Shown here piece by piece: positions 13,531-26,345 of a stretch of 64,000 bases of DNA (position 1 is the first letter of the stretch; every line of letters starts with the position of its first letter). The notes below the pieces were generated by a model. That model had not been told where the DNA came from. It saw only the letters and a list, made by a program, of their open reading frames with translations, and made no database searches. The position numbers and the translations under genes are program-made. The DNA lies in assembly GCA_951406725.2 (NCBI GenBank), contig OX597820.1, forward strand, positions 52,576,001 to 52,640,000, in the 5' to 3' direction. The stretch comes from Octopus vulgaris. Lineage: Eukaryota.

Positions 13531-14307
13531 TGGAGGTAACAGTTATCACTGTTGCTCGAAAGAGGATCTACGTTTCCGGTGAAACGCTAAAGAAGTGAGC
13601 CAGAATGTGATGAAGAGTGCCTATTCTTTTAGTAGAACTCTCACTTACTTGTAAATCTGATACAACCGATAGATAGCCAGCGTGAAGAGGTACAGGTCAA
13701 TATCACCAGGTTGAACATTAGCTAGACAGGGTTCTTACTAAGGGCGTGCTGGTAAACTAAGCAGGCTTACAAACAGCAGCTAAACCCCCTCTCAACTGAT
13801 ACCTACTTCTTCTTAAAATACTGTACCTCTTATGTTTATGTTGTTAATGTAGTTATCATTTCTTTTATTGCTATTGTTATTTTTTGTTATCGTTGCTACT
13901 GTTGCCCTTCTTCTAACATACTATTCTTCTACCAAAATAAGATAACAAAAAATTCGCTTTCATTTGAACCTACCGTCATGTTATGCAATAAAACGTATAT
14001 AAATAACACACCCGTTTACATGAAACGTTCTGGGTCCTTTAGCAGAGAGAGGCGTGGAATCTAAGAAAATAGCAAAGTTATGTTTGGCGTTTTACCAATG
14101 TATATGATTTGTTTAACATTTCATACAAATGCTGCTGTATTTCGCCACAGTTACTTCATTTATAACCAAACTCCGTTTAAAATGGAAAACCTTTCATTTT
14201 TTTCCCTTCTTACATTTCTTAAGATATTTTCCTCTGTCTAAAGTTAGATGTCTTAAAAACCATACTCTAGTTTGAATCACACCTTATCACCTAATCTGCT
14301 TACATAA

Positions 14308-14512
14308 TACGAGGAGGTGCTGAAAAGTTCCTGGCTTTAAGGTTGTTACGAAAGGCCTGGCTGGAATCCCAAACTTCCTGGTTCTTTTACAAGGCTTAGA
14401 AAATCTGAAGGACCGCTGAAACAAGTGTCTGAATCTGAGAAGGGAATATGTTGAGTAAAATTATAATTAACTGATCTTCCTATATTTTCTTTTATCCAAA
14501 GAGAGGAACTTT
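14308..14512. mobile_element. Non-autonomous mariner-type element (MITE), right TIR truncated
   Basis: Left end TA-cgaggaggtgctgaaaagttcctggcttt. Right end has the degenerate partial complement aaagagaggaacttt. The superfamily call is from recall of mariner-type TIRs. Confidence 0.6.
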
Positions 14513-14560
14513 GAATAAAAGTATGTGTGCAGTCAGAAACGTGATAGTTGCTTCAATAGT

Positions 14561-14931
14561 GGAGGCGCAATGGCCCAGTGGTTAGGGTAGCGGACTCGCG
14601 GTCGTAGGATCGCTGTTTCGATTCACAGACCGGGCGTTGTGAGTGTTTATTGAGCGAAAACACCTAAAGCTCCACGAGGCTCCGGCAAGGATGGTGGTGA
14701 TCCCCGCTGTACTTTTTCACCACAACTTTCTCTCACTCTTACTTCCTGTTTCTGTTGTACCTGTATTTCAAAGGCCTTGTCACTCTCTGTGTCACGCTGA
14801 ATATCCCCGAGAACTACGTTAAGGGTACACGTGTCTGTGGAGTGCTCAGCCCCTTACACGTTAATTTCACGAGCAGGCTGTTCCGTTGATCGGATCAACC
14901 GGAACCCTCGTCGTCGTAACCGACGGAGTGC
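14561..14931 (+). mobile_element. tRNA-derived SINE, family C, full length
   Basis: A-box TGGCCCAGTGG and B-box GTTTCGATTC. Ends ..cgtaaccgacggagtgc. A candidate TSD gcttcaata lies at ~14550 and ~14936. Confidence 0.9.
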
Positions 14932-15522
14932 TTCCGCTTCAATATATATTCTGAGAATTTAAGGAGAAATGGATTTTGTAAAGTCCGAATTCTTTTTCGA
15001 TTACGTAGAATTATCAACAATGAGAAATAGTATATGCTGGAATTGAAATCTTTTCCTTGAAGGACAAGTCGAGTGACTATATTCACCAAAACATATTTCC
15101 TGTCAACAGTTTTGCAACAAGGATTTGTTTTGATAAAGAACACCTACACATACTACTATGTGGTGAAATAAATTTGCTATTTTGTTTTGTGAGAGAGAAG
15201 TGATGGCTCAAAAAGAGGAGAAAGGGCGCCGTCCATGAAGCTTTTGTAGAGTCTGTTCTAGTGGGGGAAGGTATAAGGAAGATATGGATATTCTTATATT
15301 GAAAACCTGGATCGACTGCTTGCAACTGAGATAACTCTCATATAGAGAGGTATATTTACAACCAGTCCTCAAACGCAGCTGAATACTACTATATTTTATG
15401 TTTTAATTGCCTATGCAATCGCGAGAAAGCACAGACACTCTCTCGACTCTTCTGTGTGCTTCTGTGTGACGTTATGTATAGGAGTCTACATGTGCGTGTA
15501 TGTGTGTGTGTTTGTGTGTGTA

Positions 15523-15569
<47 letters not shown>

Positions 15570-15813
15570 GTATGTATAGCAATACAATTAGAAGGAGGAG
15601 AAGACGAAGAAGTGGAAGTAAAAGTACGTTATTGAGCAATAATTTTTTTTTTTTTTGATGACTATCATACTATGCATTGAGTCATGTCCCTTTAATTGTT
15701 TTTATGTATTCAGAATGTATGTTTTAACATAAGACATACTCTCACATGAATGTGTGCATGTGTGCATACACACGCACAAGCATGTGTATATGTGCGCATG
15801 TGTGTATGTATAC

Positions 15814-16338
<525 letters not shown>

Positions 16339-17315
16339 TAAAGATTGATATTTGTATAGAAGATCAAAGCTCTGACCATTGATCTCCTTTCTTCCTATAC
16401 GATAAATAAAATCCAGTGATATCCGATAGACCACTGACGAGTATCGTCGCTTGTGAAGAACATTATTTTTGTCTAAAACCTTCGTATTTTGATTACTTCT
16501 TTGAGTTGCTGCCTTTTTCTCTTCCGCCTAAACCGTCTTATCAGGACATTTCTTTCTCCCCATAGACAGAAGTTCTAAACCATATTATTCTCTTGCAAAA
16601 TAAAAAAAATGAAAAATGTCCAGTGTTTTATCGATGTTGCATCACACAGTCCATAACACACAATATAATTGTCTTTCTGTAAACTTGTAATTGTCTTTCA
16701 GATATAAGGATTGACTATATTAGCAGCGGATAAAATGAAGGAAACAAACTTTCTATAGACATGTGAAGTACACCCTTTGATATATACCTGATACTCACAT
16801 ATCAGCCGAAAGTATCTATTGGCTAAAGTTGTTCTTGGTCTGCAAACGGTTGACAATCACCATGGCTACGATCTACTCATAATAGTCTCTAAAAAAGAAT
16901 GATGAATTATATTATAAAATATGCATAGAGCAGAGATTCTTTAAACAAGGGCAGAGTATAAGACACAAAGCAATACTGAAAATAATTCGTATTTTTCTTT
17001 TTTTGGCTGAGCAAGGCTATTTTACGAGAGAATGGAGTGATGTTTTAGCGGCATATATAATATCATTGCAATTTTTATGAGTAGATCACAAAACAGAAAC
17101 AAGTATATCGACAAAGACATAGAACTGTAACGTTAACATATACATATATGCATGCATGTATGCATATGTGTTGATATATGTGTATGTATTATTTAGTTAC
17201 ACACACCTATCCATATATATACATATATATATATATATATACGGCATATATATATTTGTATATATATACTGCATATATACATATATATGTATACATTACA
17301 TATATATGCAGTATG

Positions 17316-17374
<59 letters not shown>

Positions 17375-17427
17375 GTTTAAATATTTGTTGTGCAAGATTT
17401 TTTATGTGAAGTCGTGTGTTGAAACAG

Positions 17428-17771
17428 ATATTGTTATATTTCGGAATGGTCATATTGCCAGTTTAGCCAATAAAACACACGCACTATATATTTGGTGTTA
17501 TTTTGCTTCAGTGTTATTGTGTTATTTATTTTTTACATTAATCTTAATCTTATTTCGGCTGACGGTTAGAAAGGAGAGACACAAATAAGAAAGAAGAAAA
17601 CAAAGGACCACTGATGCAGTCACAGGAGTGTGACGAAAGAACTCTGGCCGAAATAAGATTAAGATCAATGTAAAAAATAAATAACACTGAAGCAAAATAA
17701 CACCAAATATATAGTGCGTGTGTTTTTATTGGCTAAACTGGCAATATGACCATTCCAAAATATAACAATAT
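17428..17771. repeat. Long inverted repeat, arms 17428-17559 and 17647-17771
   Basis: Arm 1 ..ggaatggtcatattgccagtttagccaataaaa..ttatttcggc is the near-perfect reverse complement of arm 2 gccgaaataa..ttttattggctaaactggcaatatgaccattcc.. The spacer is 87 bp. Confidence 0.95.
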
Positions 17772-17889
17772 ATATATCCCCTTCTCCTCCCCCTCTTCTT
17801 CCCCTCCCCTTCTCTCCCCCCTCTTCTCCCCCTCCCCCTCTTCTCCTCACTACACCACATGACTTTACACATCACATCACATATGATGT

Positions 17890-18235
17890 GCCATACTAAT
17901 ACACACACCAACTAATACATACTAATACGTACTAATACATACTAGTACATACTAATACTTACACCAACCCTATACATACACACGTCCAGACCCGCATACG
18001 CACTTATATACTCTCTCACACACACACACAGACACCTATACATACCAATACGTACTAATACATACTAATACATACTAATACATACACCAACCCCATACAT
18101 ACGCACGTCCAGACCAATCTTACGCACTAATACTCTCTCATACACACACACACACACACACACACATCCTTATACATACTAATACATACACCAACCCTAT
18201 ACATACACACATCCAGACCCCTCCCACGCACTTTT
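17890..18235. repeat. Minisatellite, about 3 units of ~110-125 bp
   Basis: The motif actaatacatacaccaaccc(t/c)atacatac..cac(g/a)tccagacc recurs at ~17950, ~18075 and ~18180. Confidence 0.8.
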
Positions 18236-18360
18236 AGCTGGTCCCTCAACCCTTTTATCAACCCTATTATCTCCCCTTATTTCGCTCTCGCGTCTCATGT
18301 TTGATCTTTGACCTCTGGCCGAAATCAGATCGCCATGTTGATTCGTTAGCTACTGCACGC

Positions 18361-18538
18361 ATTTTTTTCTCTCCTTCTTTCTGTGTTTTTCTCTCTCTGT
18401 GTATCTTTCTGTTGAAGAGCGTAGGCTCGAAACGTTAAAGACTTGTTTTATTTATATTTCCTGAGCGCCATACTAATACAATTGTTCGTTTGTTTTCCAC
18501 CTGCCTTCGTCTTTTGTTTATTTTCATAAAGCCTCCCG

Positions 18539-18540
<2 letters not shown>
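18361..18540 (+). mobile_element. Penelope-like element pLTR-type fragment ending in (TA)n
   Basis: Near-identical to the reverse complement of 37009-37218 and carries a hammerhead-like motif. PLE pLTRs are known to carry minimal hammerheads. No ORF is present to confirm the class. Confidence 0.6.
18404..18441 (+). ncRNA. Minimal type I hammerhead ribozyme-like motif (variant core)
   Basis: UCUUU-CUGUUGA-A-GAGC GUAG GCUC-GAAA-CG-UU^-AAAGA. Stem I is 5 bp, stem II is 4 bp with a tetraloop, stem III is the palindromic AC/GU, and the triplet is GUU. Confidence 0.55.
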
Positions 18541-18573
<33 letters not shown>

Positions 18574-18576
18574 GTA

Positions 18577-18858
18577 TAACATCGTCTGTTTTTCCGTCAT
18601 TGTTTCGTATATATTCGATGCTTTTTCTAAGGAATCTAATGCTCTTAGCTTAGTTTTTTTCTTGGGGCTGGCTAGATTGGAGCAATCTCAAGATTAATCA
18701 GCCGAAATTGCGAGGATGATCCGGTTCTTGACTGAAGTTACAAGGCTTCGAATGACCCGTCCGTGATTTGTTTTTGTATCATCTGTCTGGTTGTTTCGTT
18801 GTCCCCTTTTGTATCACCTGATTGTCCGGGGTTTTTTTTGCATTCTTGTTCCATTTTG

Positions 18859-18908
<50 letters not shown>

Positions 18909-19094
18909 GCGTACGTACATTTTGTTCTCTTATATGTAAGTACACATTTCACTAAATTTTGTACAACTTTTTCAAATTTTTCTCCCCACTCTCTCTCACA
19001 TTTCTTTGCGTTTCTTACTCGCTTTGCACTTCCCTATGTCCCTGCCTCTCTTATTTTTTCGCCACTCCTTGATTCTTCCGTCTATCTACTTCTA

Positions 19095-19167
<73 letters not shown>

Positions 19168-19690
19168 CTTCCTTAATTCCTTTGTTCATCTTTTTCTCTC
19201 TCTTCTCTTCTCACGTGACCTTTGGCCAACTGCTAGCCCTTTTGCGTTTGACCGTAGTCACTGCCACAACGAAATTCTTCCCTCTGCCGTAAGGCTTCAT
19301 TTCCATACACGCCAGCTGAATTCAATTCGTCCCCAGTCGAAAGACGCCTGTTGTTATGTCCTGTTGTTTTTATTATTGTTTTTTTATTGTATTTTTGTAT
19401 TTATATTCGTGTAACATCGTCTGTTTTCCGTCCTTGTTTCGTATACATTCGATGCTTTTTCCAAGGAGTCTAATGCTCTTGGCTTAGTTTTTCCTTGGGG
19501 CTGGCCTGATTGGAGCAATCTCAAGATTAATCAGCCGAAATTGCGAGAATGATCCGGTTGTTGACTGAAGATAAAAGGCTTCGAATGACCCATCCGTATT
19601 TTTTGTATCGTCTATCTGGATATTTTGTTGTCCCCTTTTGTATCATCTAGTTGTCCGGATGTTTTGCGTTCTTGTCCCATTTTGTATTTT
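18577..19690 (+). mobile_element. Non-coding element with diverged direct terminal repeats (18577-18862, 19412-19690); same family as 29691-30774
   Basis: Both repeats contain ggagcaatctcaagattaatcagccgaaattgcgag and gactgaag..aaggcttcgaatgaccc. It is flanked by (TA)n. The strand is given relative to the other copy. Confidence 0.85.
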
Positions 19691-19748
19691 ATTATATATA
19701 TACACAGTATATATTATATACAATATATATACTGTATATATATGTATA

Positions 19749-19802
<54 letters not shown>

Positions 19803-20730
19803 TATATACATATATATGTGTATGTGTGAGTGTGTGCAAATATATATGTGTGCATATACACACATATGTTTATATACCTCTAGAGACATAAGTACCCACA
19901 TACACACACACATGTATGCATATATAGATAAATATATGGATAACTCGCGAGTTTAATAGTTAGACACAGAGACAGACAGAAATATAGCTAGACAATGTTT
20001 TTTTTCCCAATTTCTAATATTAGCAAACTAATTGAAGAAAAACTTGTACGCATAGACAAATATAGTTTATTGCAAAAGAAACTAGGTGTATTTTGAAACT
20101 AGTCGCAAATGTATCGACATGTATACATAAGCGCACAACATATATGTGCGTAAATCACCTAATTAACGAAACAACAAATCTCAAATATTTTCTTGACTAA
20201 ATCAAATGTCTTACTATGTTGTGACTCACCTGTATGAATACTGCAATGAATAAATAGACACAATAATTACATCAAATAAATCACAAATATATACGCCTGC
20301 ATTTAAACAGGTTAAATCACATATGTATATAAGCGATGTGCGTGCGCCTATCTGTATGCATGCATATATGTATGTATGTTTCCTTGAATCAAGAAAATAT
20401 TTGACACTTGTCTTTACCTTTACTGTGTGATCTATTTATCTATCTATCTATTATAAATTTATCAATAGTTTATATATCATTTATATAAATACAGTTTACA
20501 TTTAAACACAAGAGAGGTATCCATCATAGGACTACCTGCAGGCTAGAGAGGACATAACCCAGTTTGGTCGCAGTCTGATGACTGAAAAAAGTCTAAAGAT
20601 AAATAATTGATTGTGTGCAAAGTTCGTCCAGATATCTCAAATTGAGAACCCCTGAAATGGTTCAGAAATGTTAATTTTTACCTCCTATCAATTATATCAG
20701 GAGAACGCAAATCAGACTTCTCAATTTTAT

Positions 20731-20964
20731 TTATTTATTTGTTGCCCACAAGGGGATAAATATAGAGGGGACAAACAAGGACAGACAAAGGGATTAAGTC
20801 GATTACATCGACCCCAGTGCTTCACTAGTACTTATTTAATCAACCGCGAAAGTATGAAAGGCAAAATCGACCTCGGAGGAATTTGAACTCAGAACGTAAC
20901 GGCAAACGAAACACCACTATGCATTTCACCCGGCGTGCTAACGCTTCAGCCAGCTCGCCGCCTT
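20731..20964 (-). mobile_element. SINE family A, full length
   Basis: Runs from the complement of the tail ttgcccacaagggg to the complement of the head gccagctcgccgcctt. Confidence 0.9.
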
Positions 20965-21986
20965 AAACTGAGACATATCAATTTTATTGTCGAAGAAACT
21001 CTCTTAGCATCGGTAGTAAACACAAAAAGAGGGAACAGTATTTCTATGGTTATGTGCCTGATGTGTGTCTGAGTAAAGTAATTTTATCCGTCTCGAGGGA
21101 AGGGTCTTTCTCTTGATGCCGTGTAGTTTGTCCGTGAGCGTACAACAGCAGCACCATAAATGATAATGTTGCATTATTTCAATAAGATTCTATTTGAGCT
21201 TTGAGATGCGTCAGTAACCGCCAGGGGCTGAATTGCTTTCTTCCTATTAGTCGATTGTCTCGCCTTTTAGACGCCGGTTTAGCTATGTTAAGGAAGTTCT
21301 TCCACCGTCAGATATTTTGGGCGATAATGAACTTTGACTTTTGGAGCGACCCTGATGTATAACCCATTGCTACTCATGTATAACGCGGCTGTAATACGCG
21401 ATGTTTTCACAAATGACCTCTCCTGGTACTCAATGAGACGTCTTATTTTAGCGTGTATATGTGTATGCTTGCGCGTGTGTATGTGCGTAACTTTATGTAT
21501 GTATTTGTGTGTATGTGTGCAGAAGGCGTCTGTGATATTGTATATAGAGGTTTGAGACATGGCTAGAGTATTTTCAAATTTCCAAAGGAAAAGACACAGA
21601 GACAAAAGTACAAATAAATTCTTTTGTCGATAACTGTATACACATAACAGCAAAGTAATATGGAGGTCATTATATAGAAAACAGACATTTACACATATGT
21701 GTATATCTCTTTTATGTAGATGGCTTTATGACTATGGAAGCATGAATGTTTGCTCGCGCGCTCGCGCGTACATACACACACAAAGCATACACATATACAA
21801 AACATACACAGGCAGCACACACTCACATATACGCATATATGTATATATATGTATATATGTGTGTGTATGTGCGTGTGTGTATACATATATAAATTTACAT
21901 AAAACAATGAGTAATAGAACGTGTATGTGTATAAATATACATATATATATATATATATATGTACACGTGTTTATTTACACATGTAT

Positions 21987-22089
<103 letters not shown>

Positions 22090-23527
22090 GGCGTTTTTGT
22101 ATGTGTAATAAGTGTATTTATGGCAGCACATTTTCTACGATATCTTTATTGAAAAATGAAGACCATAAAAATGGTTAATGTTTTTATTGTTAAGATTCTC
22201 CAAATGCCGCGGTTACATTGACGGTTTATACTGCTAGATTAAATATAGAACTTCTCCGAATCTCTTCTTTCTAATGTTTCGCCTGACTGAAATATATTTT
22301 TAAAGAAATATTGAGAGGAACAAAGTCTACAGAGAAGACACTTATGAGTTGAAACGATAAATATTTTTGTTTATCACATTTCGTTGTGTGATAAACACAT
22401 AAAATGCTTGACCTTTCGTGAGCAGTCATATCCATCAGTGGGCCATCAATATTTATGACCTCCGAAAGAGGAAAAGTGAAACAGAATTATGTTTCACATG
22501 TCTTGCTCTAGACTAAAATATTCTAAGTACTTTACAACAACTACTAGATATCTTTTATTAAGCCTAAACGACACCACTTCTAAGACTGTAAAAACTATTC
22601 AGAAATTCCCACACTTTATGGTTTGGGATGAAATATTGTCAGTCAAATAACTTCTTTTTGATGTGAAGTAACTTGCCCAGGATTTAATTTCTTACACCAT
22701 CGCACAAACAAAACGATATCCTTACAGAGCTGGATTGTGACGACACTTGCTCCAGTTTATAGGTACTTAGAAATAGACGGCGCCATTTCATATTTAAATA
22801 TCAAAGACATGTGAACGAGTTGAACGCCTGAAATTCGAACTTGTCCGCCCATTTTAAATATTTGAGATTTTAGAGTAGTCAACAAGTACATTTTAGATCA
22901 GATTTAAGAAATGACCGTGTGTCTAAATCTGACATATTTAGTGAGAATTTTAACTGGTTTAATCATTCTTGCTCCGTGTATACGAAGACAACTTAACTAG
23001 GATACGTTTTCAACGCAATCGATTGAATAACATCTGGTTAATTGTTTTTATACTGGCTATTATACATACATAGATATACACATACATACATACCGGGTCA
23101 CACACACACTCATACACAAACACATCTGTTGTTGTTGTTGTTGTTGTTAGTGGTGGTGGTGGTGGTCGTCGTCGTCGTGGTTTTCGTCGTTGTCTTGCTG
23201 CTGCTGCTGTTGTTCGTGAATAAGAATACATTTGTTTCATCAACTAAATAACTTGCTCCGAAATTATAGGTTAAGCGGGCAAACATTTCACCATCACATG
23301 CACCCTTGACGTAAAGCTAAGAGAGAGACAGCATATGGAAATGCAATAATTTCCAAATTACATGGACTGGCATCTTTATATTTCCCGACCTGAAAATTTA
23401 CCATATGACATTTATTTAAGACACCACGACTGGGGACAGAACTCCAGATGTTATCGATGACGAGATTGGCGATCGACCTCAAGATTTGTTGACGAGATGT
23501 GTGTGTCTGTGTTAATATAAGATAAAT

Positions 23528-23660
23528 AGAAGTTAATTTCAAATTTTGGCACAAAGCCAGCAATTTCGGGGAAAGGGGTAAAGTCGATTACATCGAACCT
23601 ACTGCTCAACTGATGCTTATTTTATCGACCCCGAAAGGGCAAAAGGCAAAGTCAACACGA
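23528..23660 (-). mobile_element. SINE family A, 3' fragment
   Basis: Contains aatttcaaattttggcacaaagccagcaatttcgggg and tttatcgaccccgaaagggcaaaaggcaaagtc. Confidence 0.8.
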
Positions 23661-24898
23661 CATGATGCATATATATTCATACGTCCATAATTGCATGTAT
23701 GTATGTATGTATGTATGTATGTATGTATGTATGTATGTATGTATGTATGTATGTATGTATGCATGTATGCATTGTGTTTGTGTGCGTGCTCAACTACATT
23801 TGCTATAATTTACTAGCGTAGAAGAATCGCTTTACAAAGTTTCAAAAACTGGCTCTGCGTATAATGCAGCCGTGTGTTATAAGCTAGGATGCTTGACATG
23901 CATAGGCTCTAAGCAAAAAAAAAAAAAATGAAAGAAGGAAAGAGAAAATTGTTATTGATAATAAAATATTGAAAACAAGCCTCACTTCCAAAGCTTGTTA
24001 CCAAAAACTTACGGAAACTTAGTTATATGTTGACCATAATGTGGAGAGGTCACATTATTTCATTATACCGCCATTCCCAACATGCATATCACTCAGCTGA
24101 TAGGAATGATGTTTCATTTAATGAGTTCTTAAGGTTAAGAAACATTTTCAGCTATCTAAATTAAAACCTAGAAAGAGAAAAAGGATATTCAATCCTCCAG
24201 CGCATGTCAGATATTTGTAATGAATTGATGACAACAAAAACATAGCGGTTACGCAGCACCTTAGCGGCCGATTGCAGTAAAGCATGACACTGCAGTGATA
24301 CGGTGTGTGGGAGGTGGTGAGTGTGTGTGTGAGTGTGAGAGAGAGTCAGAGAGAGAGAGAGAGAGAGAGAGATTTTCAGAATGTATGGCAAAATTATTGA
24401 CCAAAATGTATATAACTATAAAGGGGGGATCTCAAAGAAGTTATAGTTGAAATACAGAACTCGGGTAACGTTGTTTATATTTGATAAATTTATGGTTTCA
24501 AATTTTATTCTAGTATACGCTCAACATTATGTATTTACACGCATAGGATAATAAAATTCTTCCGCCAAAACCACTTCAAAATATATCTGAATAAGTATGA
24601 TGTAACGCAGTAATATTTTTTCCAACAAAATATGCTTGTAATATAGGGTACGTATTATGTAAGAGTGCGTCAGATGCGCCGGCAAATATGATAAGTAAAC
24701 AGAATTAACTGTTCATCTTTGATATAATAGACATACTTACCTATATTTATTCGATGTCAGACAATGTTTGCATATGTAAAATGTATTTGTAAATATATTT
24801 TGCAACTTGTACATTAGATATATACATATATACCCCACCACACGCACACACGCCCAAAAGCCCACTCGCCCACACATACATATTTATATAAATTTATC

Positions 24899-24944
<46 letters not shown>

Positions 24945-25219
24945 CACATATCTTTATATAAATACATAAACGCATATATATATATACATACATATATACA
25001 CATATCTTTATATAAATACAAAAACGCATATATATATATATATATATATATAAGCATACATATGTGAGCATATGTATATCTATGTGTATATGTGTAGAGG
25101 CATGTACATATATTTTATATCAATTAGTATATGTGTTTGTTTGTGTGTACATATGTGTATATGAGTGTGCATATATGTATATATATATATATATATGAAT
25201 TTTTGTGTATGTATATTCG

Positions 25220-25254
<35 letters not shown>

Positions 25255-25512
25255 TGTGTATGTATATATGTATGTATGTAGATGTGAAATATGTATGTAT
25301 ATATGCACTGTTTTATTTTATTTATTTCACTTAGAGGATGCGGCCATACTGTAGCATAGTATCGATGGATTTGGCGGAGCGTATCGTCCCAAGTGTTTAT
25401 TTCACTTTGCACATATCGAAATCTATTTGTCGGACTGTTTCTTTGCGGAACGTTAGCAGCAATAGTGATGGAAGCATAAGCAGACACACGCCCACTTTCC
25501 TTGCTTCCTCCA

Positions 25513-25569
<57 letters not shown>

Positions 25570-25599
25570 GTTACCGAAAATAAAAACATTTTCATTTAT

Positions 25600-25904
25600 A
25601 CGCACATGAATAAATACACACATTGATAATATATATATAAAACACATACATATTTTCGTACACATGTATAAACATCTTTTGTGAACAGAAAATTATGATA
25701 TACATATATGTATTTATATATGTGTGTATGTATGTATGTATGTATGTTTGTATGTACGTATGTGTGTACGTATACATATTCATATATATACCTATGTATA
25801 TATGTATATATGTGTGTATATATTTATATGTAAGTATATAAGTGTGCATGTGTATATATATATGCATGTATGTATTTATATATATATATATATATGCATG
25901 TATG

Positions 25905-25940
<36 letters not shown>

Positions 25941-26057
25941 GACATGTAGATATGTATGTATATATGTATGTATTTATATATATGTGTGAATTTATATGTG
26001 TATATGTATGTATATATATGCATTTATGTATATGTACGTAAATCTCTGAGTATATAC

Positions 26058-26110
<53 letters not shown>

Positions 26111-26126
26111 CATATGTCTGTTTGAA

Positions 26127-26162
<36 letters not shown>

Positions 26163-26273
26163 TATGCATGTGTATATGCATGTATATATATACATATGTA
26201 TATGCATGTGTATATGCATGTATATATATATATATGTATATATAAACAATAAATGTATATAGATATGGGTGTG

Positions 26274-26308
<35 letters not shown>

Positions 26309-26345
26309 ATGTAAGTATGTATATGTGTGTGTGTTTGTGTATCTG
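25600..26345. repeat. Degenerate TA/TATG/TG low-complexity tract
   Basis: Direct reading. Related (ATGT)n and (TACA)n tracts are at 23695-23770, 27350-27425 and 27750-27795. Confidence 0.9.

Noticed and set aside
13649-13721. Minus-strand exon candidate (NVQPGDIDLYLFTLAIYRLYQIY) with donor GTAAGT
   Set aside because: The acceptor lacks a pyrimidine tract and no homology was recognised.
14561-14640. tRNA gene
   Set aside because: The A and B boxes belong to a SINE head. No acceptor stem or cloverleaf closes, and the SINE body follows.
19565-19590. CTGAAGA..cttc GAAT GAC in the direct repeats (CTGATGA..cttc GAAT GTC in the 29.7 kb copy) as a second hammerhead
   Set aside because: It has GAAU instead of GAAA, no stem II closing pair and no stem I complement. 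At most it is a remote relic.
20570-20605. ctgatgactgaaaaaagtc as a ribozyme core
   Set aside because: It is better explained as a degenerate family B SINE tail (cagtcaaatgactgaaacaagtaaaaga).
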